This document shows, piece by piece, positions 46,365-64,000 of a DNA stretch of 64,000 nucleotides. Location of the stretch: the NCBI RefSeq assembly GCF_009914755.1, contig NC_060940.1; one strand, 5' to 3'. Numbering within the stretch: the first letter of the stretch is position 1; every line of letters begins with the position of its first letter. The notes below the pieces were generated by a model that worked only from the letters and a program-made list of their open reading frames with translations, made no database searches and was not told the DNA's origin. Position numbers and translations under genes: made by a program. Source of the DNA: the human T2T-CHM13v2.0 reference genome, Homo sapiens.

Positions 46365-46515
46365 ATGTGCACGTGCAAAGGATTCAGTGGGCACCTGGCA
46401 AAAATGCAGATTCGGACTCAGCAGTCTAGAGTGGGGACTGGGACCGGGCCTTTCTAACAAGCTCCCAGGCGATGCTGCTGCTGCTGCCTTTCCCAGATGG
46501 CACTTGGAGCAGCCA
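46365..46515. mobile_element. MER5-like hAT DNA transposon fragment
   Basis: aaaatgcagattc...tcagcagtctagagtgggg...ttctaacaagctcccaggcgatgctg. Confidence 0.6.
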
Positions 46516-46802
46516 GGCAGGAACGCCTGTTACTACCAGTGAAGCCCTGCTCTTGCCCATCCAGTTGGGGCTCACACCTGGCCCAGCACTTCCTTCTCAG
46601 GCAGCCATGGGGACCCCCTGGCAGCTGTGAGTTCCAGATGGGTAGACAGTGACATCTCCCTGCAAAGCCTTTTCTCAGACAGCAATGGTGGCCCATGTCC
46701 CCCCAGTGATCCTTGAACACTGCAGTTGCCACTGCTAATGACGGAGACAGAACTTTCCCATAAGAAGCCCACCCAATGGGCAATGGGGATTACTCTACTT
46801 AC

Positions 46803-46880
46803 AGCCTTTCTAAACAAATCCAGTTCATTCTCTGCAAAATCCGTAGCCATTTTGGAAATTGAAGTTGTAGCAAGATTCAC
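46803..46880 (-). CDS. NSMCE1: NSMCE1 exon
   Basis: Acceptor tcttag|GTG; encodes VNLATTSISKMATDFAENELDLFRKA; donor GCT|gtaagt; 78 nt. Confidence 0.96.
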
Positions 46881-47792
46881 CTAAGAAATAAGTCAGCACG
46901 ACAGTCAGGCTGTGCTCTTTGCGTGTTGGTTAACGTGTCGCTGGCTCTCCCTCCCTCCCCTCCTCCATCTCTGGCCAGTCACTGAGCTCCTGTATCCAGG
47001 CACTGCGGGCCGCAGGGATGGATCTGTAACCAGGCGTATATTACAGACTTTATTCTTTAGCTCAGCCAACATGCTGGGCCCTCAGAAGTTTCAGAACTCC
47101 AAAGGGTGTGCAGTATTTTCCAAACTCAGATAAATTTGGGAGATTTGTCTGCATGTTAATGGAGCTTCAAATGCAAAAAAAGCACTGAGAAGTCTGATAG
47201 CAAGGAAATCTGCTTTGCCATGTCTGACCAGCATTTCCACAGTTCTTTGACTCTGTAATGTTTTTTTTCCAGGGAATTGAGTTTGGGCAACCCTGGACTA
47301 GAGTGCCCCTTTCTGAGTGTGAGCCTGGCTGGGAGCAGCCAGATGTCCTCTGACCAGCTGAGGTGTCTCCTAGCCAGGGATGGGGCATGTCAGCTTCCCA
47401 CTCCTGTATTTCACCCTGGCTGTATTTCACTCCTGGCTCTGCCATTCTGGCTGTGGCATCCTGAACACATCACGTGGGTGAACGGGGAGTCGGCGGCAGG
47501 AGGGATGAGGCCCAAATCCCTACCTGTGAGAGTAAATCTGAAAACCACTGAAGGCCCCACCCACATGGCCTGCAATCCTTGACACTCCTACAGAGTTTCT
47601 TTTCATAGCTTCTATGTCTTATTCTAAATAAAAAACCATTTTCTCCCTTTATTCCTAATATTCTATACATTTGGAGTGACTTCTTTGCAAAGAACTGTCC
47701 AAAAGAGAAATCAAACCAAAGCAAACACAGGCTGCCTGGGCCCTGTTCCAGCTCCTCAAAAATGCCACTAGAGGGCTCTGCCGGGCACTCAC

Positions 47793-47914
47793 CAACGCAT
47801 AAATGGGTCTCCCATCATCTTCCGTGACTCCTCTCTTTATCTCAATATACAAGGACTCCAAGACACTGTTAATGTTGTTGATGAAGTCCTCCAACTTATC
47901 TACGGTGGCATTGC
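47793..47914 (-). CDS. NSMCE1: NSMCE1 exon (most 5' coding exon inside the window)
   Basis: Acceptor ttccag|GC AAT; encodes (R)NATVDKLEDFINNINSVLESLYIEIKRGVTEDDGRPIYAL; donor TTG|gtgagt; 122 nt. I found no start-codon exon in the window. Confidence 0.96.
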
Positions 47915-48907
47915 CTGGAAATAAACAGACCAAAAAAAGGGGGGTGACCAGGGGGCCTCATCAAAAAAATGTAGCTTGCTTGAATCATTCCATCCCATCT
48001 CAACGCAGGGGACAGCAACCCCAGACATGGGTGGAGGCTGCAGCCTCTTGGGTGAACGCCAATGCCACGTGGCTTCTTTCTTCCTGGAGTACTTGGAAGA
48101 CAAACAGACAACAGATGGAGGGCGTTGTGAGGCAGGAGGGCCAGGGAGATGCTATCTGCAACCACGGAGGCTGCCGCGGGCTTCCTGTCTTTGCTCGCTG
48201 CCTCCTGATGAGAGTCCCAATCAGCACCTTCAGCGCATTACTCAATGATGTGCTCAGAGCCTGCGTGAGCTCCCGCCGCACAAACATCCTATCCCATCTC
48301 AGCCCTTCTATCGCATCCCCAGTGCCCCGCGAGAGGCCTCTGTCCCTGTATGTCCCCACACATCTTAGGTGGAGCTTTATTCCTTTCTCTTTTTATTCAA
48401 TGTCGGGTTATCCTCACTTACATGCCAGGCTTGTGCTGGGTCCTGGGCTGGAACAGTAAGAATAACAACAAACGGGGTGAGAAGGGTGGCTTGCAGCGAG
48501 CCCTCAGCATGGAGAGGCCCTGTCCTGGGCACCTTTTGTCGTCATGAATCCACCCTCCAGCAGCTCTCTGGGCACAGGGGAAGAGGCTGAGACGCAGAGA
48601 GGTGAACTGACTCGCCCAGAGTTGCACCACAAGGCCGGGGCTTTGACTTCTCTGTCGCCCACCTCCCCTGGCCCTGCCAGCAGGATGCTCACAGCCCAGG
48701 GGCCACCATCCAGGTCCATCAGTCTGAGGAGGGGGCACCCACACTATTGCCGGGGGCTCAGCTGAGGAGGACAGAGAGGCTGCGGTGAGGACAGGAGCCC
48801 GTGGCCGGGGACAGCAGGGCCTTTCTCCTGTGGCACCAGGAAGCCTCTGAGCACTGGAAGCAGTGGAAGGACATGGCCAGCGTTGTGTCCCTTTTATGCT
48901 GTGAAAC

Positions 48908-49218
<311 letters not shown>

Positions 49219-51398
49219 TGAAACTTTTTAAAGCAAGAGTATGTATTATTGTTTTCACTACTGTTTTTATGTATTAAAATAAATAATTTCAAAAGATTCA
49301 TGCCTTAGAAAATCATTCTGGAAAAAAAACTGCAAGAAAAAATGGACAATATGATACATTCATGTGTGAAACAAAAACAGAACCAATGAAACAGTCCCAC
49401 AGGAAAAGGCCCAGCAGGTTACCCACTGGACTGACGACCAAGGCCATCGCCAGGAAGGGACTAAACGAAGGGTCATCACAGGGCACTCGTGCTGTATGTC
49501 TGTGTTTGATTTCTTATTAGACAGAGGCATTTCTAAGCTACCCGTACAACTCAAGATTCATAAAGTTAAAAAAAAAAACAACAGAAGATCATGCTGGTGA
49601 CAATGGAGGATGTGGCCGTGTGAAAGAGTCAAGGAAAACCCAGGCCAATGAGCTCTGTCAGAGGATCAGACTGTGGGGCCCAGAAAAGCTGAGAACAAAG
49701 CCCAGGGCAGTGACACTAATGTGCCATGCTCAGCGAGGAGCTAATCTTCCCTTTCAGTTAAGTTTTTAAAAGGCAGTTTAAATTAAAAAGTAGTCATAGT
49801 AAGTGGGTGGAACATGGATGTGGTGAGATCGTAACATATGACAATGACATCTGGCCTCGGCGGCTGGAGAGCAGGCATCAGGAGGGAGGCATGGCCTGAC
49901 TTCCTGCCTCCATGCCCCTGCTCACGGGCCCCTCCTTTCTGAAAACTCCTCTCCCTCCACTGCGGCAGCCACCTTGGATGGCCTGTTTTTCCAGGAAATG
50001 TTCTCTTCTGCCCCCGGTGCTGTCTTCCTCTTCCACAGCATGCAAGGCAGCTCTTTGCTGGCGTGGGAGCCGAGCTGTTCCGTACCTGCCTGTGCCAGTG
50101 ACTTGGCCAGACACACTTTTCCACCCCCAAGGGGAGCCAACGCTGGGCAGCTCAGGTGCAAGAGGCCCAGACATCAAAAAGCCTCGTTCAGTGCGGAGTG
50201 AGTGACAGGAACCCTGTCCACCCAGTGTGACACTGGGGCAAGTCCCACCTCTCTGAAAGTGACAATTCACATTTTCCACTAACGAGGCCCCTCCTGGGTA
50301 TCACTGAGAACAATGTGCCCTGTGGGCAGATGAGAAGCATTCTGATCTATTGGACTTTCCAGACACCCCGTTGCAGGGAGGGAGCCAGCAGCCCTCTCTG
50401 CCCTTCCCCTCTCCACACCACCTCTGGTTTGGCGTCCAGCCTCATTTTTCAGAAACCATGAATGTTTTGCTGTATTTTCATCTGACCAACCACTTCCTCC
50501 TACTGTACTCGCTCACTGCACACACCAGCCACTGCTTGGGCGCTCCCGTTCTCTCCGCTATCGCCCTCTTTCCTTCCACACGCTTCCTGCATCAGGGTCA
50601 TGTCCACGATCTCCATCGCTGACCCTGTAACTGTTTCTCACGGAGGCCCCGCGCCCTTGCAGCTCCTCTTAATCGTGACCTGAGAAGAAACTTCTCTTAC
50701 ACTCAGCACCCCCAAACCCTTCAACTGACTCCTTTCAGCAGCAACAGAGGTGGCGTGGTGGCATGGGGCCAGAAGCAGAGGTGTGGGCTCTAGCCCATCC
50801 TGCCCTCCCGCTCTGTGGGGCCCTGCGTGAGCCTCTCCCCCACTTCTCATCTCTAACAGCCACACACAGTCTCGCCTCCAGCCTCACACATGTCCAGAAC
50901 CCTCTTCCCTCCCGCTTCTCTACCACCACCCCTGGCTGGACCCCAGCCTCCTGATCCTCTGGCAGCCTCCCGTACAGGCCTTCCCCAACCAGATAAGCTG
51001 CACTTCCCAGCTCTGTCCTCCCATGGCAGCACTTCCTTCCTCATCACGTGGCACTCCAGTTACTGTGTCCAGCCGCCGCCCCAAGACAGGAGTCAGCTGG
51101 TGACACCTGCCAGCCCAGCAGCCATGTCCCTCCCTAACGAGACCTTCGCCTTTTTTCTTTTTTTTTTTTTACAATTGTCTTTCTCTTACATTTGCGGTTT
51201 TGGTGAGAGAATAATTCCAGGTATGATATTCAGGGAACCAGAAAGCAGAAAGCTGAAGGGACCAGAGATTAGGGCAGCCAGGAGTAGACAGAGAACCCCT
51301 ATCAGCCAGACACTCTCCCAATCTGAGCAAGGGACAAAAGGAAGCTTGGAGGTGGCTCCAGCCCAGAAGCTACAGAGGGCCAGCTGCTCTGGCCATGA

Positions 51399-51784
<386 letters not shown>

Positions 51785-52984
51785 CCGACACATTCCTTTC
51801 TAAGTTGACCAGAACTGGGGTCTCTTGCTTGCTCCCAAGATCCTTATGATGTCCACTAAGCGCTAAGGTTGCACCAGATCGCTGCTTCCCAGCCTCAGGT
51901 CTTCAGGACAGCTAATGTCCACAGCTCTGCCCCTGGTCTCTCCCCTGATCCAGGAGCCCTGGTGGAGAAGCTACAGTTTGCCAATCTGTAGGGATACACT
52001 GGGCTAAAGGCATGTCTGAGGATCCTTTTGACCTCAATATTCTACGAGCCCATGGTCATGATAAAGAGTGCGGAATAAAGTCCGTATGGTGAGATTCTGA
52101 GACAACTACTTTCAGTCTTAGAAATACCACTTTGAAGACTTAGGAGTTAATTAACAACACCACTCCTTTTCAGAATCCAGAACCAACTGAAGAAAAAGAC
52201 ACAACCTTCAGTAAATATCAAAACATCAGGTTTTCTGTAGGTAGCGCTGGATCAGAGGCTGGTTCTCTGCACACCACCAACCTCCAGTCAGTGATATGGG
52301 AGGCCCAGCTATGAGGACAGAGGAACGAGGCCCTGGCCCTAGCACAGATGTCTCCTCTAGAGGGAAAGAGATACCCTAGCCAGGACAACCAGCAACATGT
52401 TTAAATCAAGCAAGTTGAACCTCTAAACCTCTAAACACAGTGCTATCTGTGTTCTCTCTACTTGGAAGAGGCAGGGTGTGTCTGGATTTCTTAAGGGCTA
52501 TAGTAAAGTAGCTCATGTTAGGCTAAAATCAAGGGGCCTGCAAATGTGTGGCTATGATTACCTTATTATGTGCCAGCACTATGCATTCACATGGTTCATT
52601 TCATCATGACAATAACAGTAACTCCGTAAGATGAAATCACTAGTATCATCTGTATATACAGGAGGCTTGGAGAGGTTAACAACTTGCTCATAGTTTCCGT
52701 AACTTGGAAGGAAATGGAGCCCGGGCTTGCCCAACCCCAGATCCTAAGCTCCCAGGCACTAAGCCCCATGGGCTCCACAGAACAAGCCTGAGGACATCCT
52801 CTATACCAGACCCCACCGTCATCTCGTCTATACCCTCCTGCACCTGCCCTGTGCTTCAGAGTCACCAAGAGAGACTGGGCCAACAGGGAAGGATGGAAGG
52901 CATCTGGGCACCTGATTAGGACACCAGAGGTGGTACCCAAAGAGGAGCTGCACTCACAGAGGAGATGCATTGGATCAGCCCGGC

Positions 52985-53125
52985 CTGGCCCAGCCCAGCA
53001 TCCATCATCCCCTCAGCTCAGACCAGCCCAGCATCCATCATCCCCTCAACCCAGCTCAGCCCAGCATCCATCATCCCCTCAACCCAGCCCACCCCAGCAT
53101 CCATCATCCCCTTGGCCCAGCCCTG
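52985..53125. repeat. 33-bp tandem repeat, about 4 copies
   Basis: GCATCCATCATCCCCT at 52998, 53031, 53064 and 53097. Confidence 0.92.
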
Positions 53126-53405
53126 AGCACTGGGCCAGGTCCAGCGTGCAGGGACAGCATGCAGGGCAGCAGGAGCAGCTGAGGAAAGGCAAAGACCCTG
53201 GAGCGAACAGAGCCACTCTTCCTTTAACAGGAAATGCCCATCAGTGGTGGCAATTGAAAACGGGCCTCCAGGCAAGTGACAAGCACTGAACAAAACAGGA
53301 CACTTCTCCCCTAAGGAGAAGGGTTGGCTCAAGTCATCTTGAGAGATTTTGTTTTGGACTAATTCTGTATACAGTTTCTCCTTTTCTTTTAAAATTAAAT
53401 TTTAA

Positions 53406-53711
<306 letters not shown>

Positions 53712-56026
53712 TTACATTGGAATGTAATGTTACCAATGAGCCTCTTCTTGCTATATCAGGGTCCCTGCTTCCCAGAGGCTACTGGAACCTAGGATTCACT
53801 GTGCACTTGGGCAACAGGAAATTGGGAAGTCTACTGCCCTGACCTCTGACCAACAAATAGTTTTGTTCTAAACTAGGCAATAAAAACATAAAATGTTATT
53901 TTTAGGCAGAGGAAATAACAGCAAAAAATAAGACTCCAAGGGCCCAAGCCACTGTGAGCCAACTTACCCTCTGACAGCCCTCCCGACAGACAGGGTGGAC
54001 GGGCGGTCCTGCTAGCACAGCACTGAGGACAGGGCAGGGCAGGCCCTGGATGAGACGGGGGTGCAGGAGTGGAGCTGGCCCAAGAGAGCAGACCCTGGGC
54101 TGGGAAGAAGGAAGGGCTGGTGGGCAGGACACGGGGCTGGGGAGGTTTGTGAGGGGCCACAGGATTTCACCTCTCAGCCTGTAGCTCTCATCTTTCCCCC
54201 AACCGCCTGGGGAAAAAGATTCTCTGGACCTTCAGGCACACAGATGCAAAGATGAGAACTGCCATGGGCACTTCCAAGCATGGCCAGTGAACAATGCTGG
54301 GAAGAGCCGGGTGGAAGGAGAGTGGCTGGTCTGTGGTAGATCACTTAGTGACAAACCGTCCTCTCCATCGGTGCACCAGCTCATTCACTACACGCTGCAG
54401 CGCCGCTCCTCACCTCTCAGCAGACCCTCAGCAACCAATGCAGAGGCGAGCCAGAAAGGATCGCTGCTTCTCTTTCTCAGAGGTCAGAGAGATGAAGGAC
54501 ATACCTAAGACGGGACAGGAAGCGACAAAGTCTAGACCAGAAATCAGATGTCTGGCCATTAGCTGGATGCAATCACGAAAGGATGTGGGCATTCATCAGA
54601 AAAAAATTCTTACATATACATGCAATGATGTTGAGAATACTTCAAAATAACGTGGGTAAGCAGGTACAAACATAAATAAAACAAGATCAGTCCTGCGTTC
54701 ATCATCGGAACTGAGTGATGGCACACAGGGCTTCACTGTATCAGTCTCTCCACTTTTCTGTTTGACTTTTTCCATAATAAAATGTTGTAAAAATACTTCA
54801 GTGCTCAACAATCATATAACTTGACTCCTTGACCCTCATGAATCTCAATCTAAAGAGAAAAATGAGTGTTGTGTGACAAGGTAGATTAGCTCAGTGCTCT
54901 GACAGTAGAGAAGAAATAGGATTTTAATAACGTATGGTTTTAAAACCTATTGTTCTGAGATCTGTACACAGAGTTCTTTTCTTCTTAAACTCAAGAAGTT
55001 TATTACAATCAGAAGTTTATTACAATCAGAAAATCTGCTCTTTAGCCTCACTCAAATGACAGAGCATAAAACTTATTTCATGTTACTGGGCACAGTACCT
55101 GCATCTCAGCTGCATGCATTTATGGTACTAAAACCTATGACACCACTGCAGGAGTGGTGATGGGGACATCCACTTGCTGTCCCTATCTATGCAGCATCTA
55201 TGGGACCTTCCCCTGGCTGGAGGTCTACCAGTCAGGACTCCCACTGGCAATAAAGCAGTGCCCACTGCTTTATCACGGTAAAGTTCTGGATCATAATGGA
55301 AATCGTCATGAGAAACATAAACTACTATATATTTTGCTACTGATGCTGTTCATACACATTTCATCTAATCACACCCACTGAAAACAGGTGGTCCATCTAT
55401 CCTTGAGATGAGTGGCAGCTCTGACACCTTCTGTGGCGCTCTGGTCCCCATCCCTACCCATGCAGGAGCCCTCGCAGAGCTGATACAGGGGCTCTGCAGG
55501 GGACGGGAGAGAGGCTTCCTGGTCACCCCAGCCCCTGAAACCAGAGCAGTTCTTCCTGATCCCTGTTGGGTAAGTTTCCTCCTGCTCAGATTGCACTGAG
55601 CGAACTGAAAATGGACAAATCTGATGCCTACAGAGGCAGGCAGGAAGCACAGCTGCAGACAGCTGTGGGCACAGCAGGGAGCTGGCGGCACGCATTCTAC
55701 CAAAGAAGGCAGCACTGCTCTGCTCCAGCCGAGTGCCCGAGTTTTGGGTGTTTACACAGAATCTCCTGGCGGTTGTTTTCTGTTTAACCTGGTAATTCTT
55801 AAAAATTACAAACACTATAGTGCAAACAAACAATGCCTGTAAGTTATATACCACTGACCGTTCACCGTCTCCCAATTCCGATGTGGGCAGGAAACCCGCT
55901 GTCATGAGACACAGTGATTAATGAGGTCACTCTGTTCCCTGACCCACCAGCTAAGCAGTTACTATTTCTCACACAGGCTGGACTGTGAGCAGCTCAAAGG
56001 AATGGACCGTGTTACACTCATTCTTC

Positions 56027-56842
56027 TGAGAGATTGAACATACAAACAGCCAATGGGCTGCAGCCAATGGCCAGACCACGTATAAAAGCAGAACTCCAAC
56101 CCAAAATCTACATCAACCTGCCCAGAAAGCCAGCCCACCACCTCTAAGCCAGACCTGCAGGAAGCCAGGCCAGTCCCCTAGCAACCAGTCCAGAAGCCAA
56201 AACTAACCCACAATCATGGCCCAAAAGGACCAAGGCAGGATCAGTAACTGATACTACCCTAATTGATTTTATTTTATATTTTAGAGATGGGGTCTCGCTC
56301 TGTCATCTAGGCTGGAGAGCAGTGGTGCAATCATAGCTCACTATAGCCTTGAACTCCTGGGCTCAAGTGATCCCCCCACCTCAGTCTCCCCAGTAGCTGG
56401 GACTACAAGCACGAGCCACTACGCTCAGCTAACTTTGTTTCTTCTGCAGACCCTGAGGTCTCGCAATGTTGCCCAGGCTGGTCTCAAACTCCTAGCCTCA
56501 AGTGTTCCTCCCGCCTCAGCCTCCCAAGTAGCTGGGACTACAGGCATGTACCACCATGCTTGCCAGCTTCCCTAATTTTTATCCCTGTTTCTAAGAGACA
56601 ACAAACCAGAGAAAGCCACATATGTACTTCTAACCAATCACATAGGACGCCCCACTTCTGGTTAGCTGTCTCCACCTTGCCCTGGCCAGCAGCCTCCACT
56701 CAGGCACACCTGAAGCCTCCCCACTCCTCTGCCTTCCTGGAGTCTCTGCTAAACCCAAGTGGAGGCTGCCTCTCTTGCTGGAGCAAGCTCTAAATAAGCA
56801 GCTGCTGCCTGTTCTGCTGCCTGGTCTCCGTTTATGTTCACA
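56027..56842 (+). mobile_element. LTR (MER21/MER34-like) interrupted by an antisense Alu (about 56266-56567)
   Basis: TG...CA ends; ggccagaccacgtataaaagcagaactc; ends taaataagcagctgctgcctg...tttatgttcaca. Confidence 0.55.
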
Positions 56843-59106
56843 CTTTATCCGTGGAGGACTCAATTTGGTGCCCATTCTGGGCTAAGCAGGGGCTAAGAAG
56901 TGGCTGGTATGAAGGCGGCTGACTGCAGTCGCTCTGACAGGCGCACGCCCTTCCCTTTCCCCACTCACTACAGTCTGAAGCAGACAACAGCCTCCAACAT
57001 TCTCCCGGTGTCCCCTCTAGCCTTCTCCATCTGTCTGTCCTCCACATGCAGCTGAGTGGAGCCAGGTCCCAGCACTCAGCCTGGAAGATGTCTGGGGCTC
57101 CATCCCCTGACCTATGTTGCCACCTGCCTTTCTGTCCCCCACTCCCCCACACCAAGCTCCTCCCCATCTCAGCCCCTTCACTCATGCTGCCTTCCCTTTG
57201 GAAAGCGTCTCCCGCATATCTCTGCAGGGCTGCCCCTCATCACCCGAGCATCGCCACATATGGCAGCTCCACAGAAAGGTTTGAACAGAGGCCCTGGCCA
57301 AAGCCACACCCCAGGCCCGCTCTACCGAGGGACTCAATGCTTCCTTCCAGCACTTAGCACCCCAAACTACCACACTGTCTGCCTCCGAGTTACGGTCTTT
57401 CTCTTTCTAAGCAGAATGCCAGCTCCCTGAAGGCTGGGATCTGCTCATCCTATTCACCACAGCAGCCCAACATTCAGCTGACACTCAAGACGTATCCGTC
57501 CACGAACCGAGGAAGATGTGTGGTACAAGTGGTGACCATGCTTTGTGAATTTTCTAGGAAAACCCCAAGAGAATTCAGCCCTGTGGTCTATAAAATAATT
57601 CCTATCACACTATCATACCAGCACCATGGGTCTTCTGATAGTCACCCCCCACCACTCACCCCCAGCAATTGGGATTAGATGGCAAGTTAAGGGGCAGAAA
57701 AGGAAGGAAGAGGCAGTGGTGAGCATGAAGTGAACGTGTGCCCACAAGCACTCTGTGCCAGGCGCTGAACATACATTCCCTTGCTTAATCCTCAAGACTC
57801 TTCCATGAAATGAATGTGATGTCCCTTATAACACAGAAAGCTGAGACTCAGAAAAGTAAAAGAACTTTCCCCAGACCCTGGAAGAAACAGGACTTGAATT
57901 CATGCCTTTGAAAAATGGCTTCCCTGTTCCAGCCAGCGGGGTCTGTGGTAATCCCACTGAATCCATTCCCAGTACTTCCACGCATCAGCACATAACCTCT
58001 CTCATGTCTGGGATCCAGTTCAAAATGCATTCCCAAACACATGATGTGTGTGCTTAGGGGAGCGTGAAGCGCACAGAAATCCTGGCTCAGCAACTCCATG
58101 CTGGCCTGAAAGGGCTGCGGTGGAGCAGTCCAGCCTGGACTCCCAGGCTGCAGACATGAAGAACGGGCAGGACTTGGACACATCTAGGCCAGCAAGAGCC
58201 AGAGACACAAAAGCAACATCAATTTCCTTGTGGTTACAGAGCTTCTTGAACCCAAAGATTCCTGTCTAAGCACTTAATAACTGCCGGCTGTCAATTCTGT
58301 ATGTTGAGAAATTCATCGAGTCACACGTTAGATGTTACTTTTCATACTCATTTTTTGCCACTTTTCAGTTATGATCCCAGACTTTATCTCCCTTGATTAA
58401 CTGAAAGGCAGACCGGCTCTGACAGTGGTATGCTGATTAACTGTTCATCATTGCCAAAGGGGAGATCTATAAATGAAATCACTAAAAACAGAAGGAAAAT
58501 GTACTTGGAGCCAGCTTCTAATTATGACTGAGTCTTCCTTGGAAAGAGAAGGTGCTTACAAATAGGACTACAGACAGGATGGAATACTAAACCAAAATGT
58601 CAACATCGCTGATTCACCATCAACGCACGTAGCCTGATGATGTACAGGAGTCCAGCGTGAGACGACGAAGCAGATACAGGCATGTCAATCAGCACGCTGG
58701 AAACAAACCCGGGATGAAGGCAGATAAGAGAGTTGACAAAAACAGAAAATCTTTATCAAACCCCAACGTGACCATGATACTTGACTCACTCATCTAGTTT
58801 TGACACATGTATTTCAGCGACCTGGTTTTTGCCCAAACATCAAATTATTTACTCTGCTCACTGAAGTATTTCTAAACCTAAATTTTTAAATCTAAAACTT
58901 CAGACATTTTTACCTAACTTGTCCTTAAAACAATAGATAATTTAAAACCTCATAAAAATTAACATTAAACATGATAATACAGTGTAATTAGTTCTAAAAT
59001 GTTAGTGCTGGAGAGTATAGAACTGTACCTCACAGCAGTCTGGCAACCATAAAATAAGAATGAATCCAGGGAAGTATTTTAAAACTAATAGGTAAAAATG
59101 GGATGA

Positions 59107-59429
<323 letters not shown>

Positions 59430-59736
59430 TAAGTACCTCCCTGCAATATACTTATTAATCACATAGAAAAAGAGTAATTGTACACTGGAGAAACCTGGCT
59501 GACCCCATCAACACCGTAGCCGACCTGGTAGGATGCAGAGAGAACACAACACCGCTTCCATATTATATCTGCAAAGTTAAAACTCCTAGATCTAATTAGG
59601 AGGAAGCTCCAGACAAACCTAAGCTGAGGAACATTCTACAAATAGCACATGTGGCTACTGAGCACTTAAAATGGGGCCAGTCTAAACTAAGTGTAAAATA
59701 CATATTGGATTGCAAAGACATATTTCCATCACCCCC

Positions 59737-60112
59737 AATATGGTTTGGCTGTGTCCACCCAAATCTCATCTTGAATTGTAGTTCCCATAATCCAAACATG
59801 TCATGGGAGGGGCCTGGTGGGAGGGAATTGAATCATGGGGGCAGTTACCCTCATGCTATTCTTGTGACAGTGAGTGAGTTCTCAAGAGATCTGACAGTTT
59901 TATAAGGGTCTTTTCCCCTTTTGCTCAGCACTTCTCCTTCCTGCCTGCCACCATGTGAAGAAGGATGTGTTTGCTTCCCCTTCCACCATGACTGTAAGTT
60001 TCCTGAGGCCTCCCCAGCCATGCTGAACGGTGAGTCAATTAAACTTCTTCCCTTTATAAATTACCCAGTTTTGGGTATGTCTTTATTAGCAGCGCGAGAA
60101 CGGACTAATACA
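59737..60112 (+). mobile_element. THE1-family MaLR solo LTR
   Basis: atatggtttggctgtgtcc...cggactaataca. Confidence 0.9.
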
Positions 60113-63990
<3,878 letters not shown>

Positions 63991-64000
63991 ATTGAGATAA

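Noticed and set aside
52055-52103. C/D-box snoRNA-like pattern (gtc ATGATA...CTGA gac)
   Set aside because: The C box is imperfect, the span is under 50 nt, and it is on the strand opposite the NSMCE1 host intron.
54994-55031. 17-bp tandem duplication (AGAAGTTTATTACAATC x2); a similar 16-bp duplication lies at about 39878-39914
   Set aside because: Ordinary slippage duplications with no sign of function.

Overview
Human/primate genomic DNA, repeat-rich and dense in Alus, recognisable as the KDM8 (JMJD5)-NSMCE1 locus. KDM8 lies entirely in the window on the + strand. It has a CpG-island promoter at about 16.0-17.0 kb, two alternative first exons, and coding exons at 22737-23234, 26198-26364, 27489-27621, 28558-28602, 31574-31723, 33006-33098 and 33179-33343. 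These splice by GT-AG into a 416-aa JmjC protein, or 454 aa if the upstream ATG at 16706 is used. The 3' part of NSMCE1, an SMC5/6 subunit, lies convergently on the - strand: six coding exons from 47914 down to the stop at 37772, with AATAAA at 37630-37635. Its 5' exons are outside the window. The rest is about 40 Alus, THE1/MST/MLT and ERV1 solo LTRs, a 5'-inverted L1, old L1/L2/MIR/MER5 fragments and tandem repeats. Nearly all other ORFs in the track are Alu, repeat or antisense artefacts. I found no new protein-coding system. The most unusual unexplained structure is a ~4 kb, highly degenerate repeat with a ~13-bp period (AGGCC-anchored) filling much of KDM8 intron 1. Next are a 56-bp G/C-skewed VNTR and a 90-bp intronic duplication in NSMCE1, and an inverted L1 with extra sequence before its target-site duplication (TSD). 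Repeat subfamily names and boundaries were recognised by eye and are approximate.
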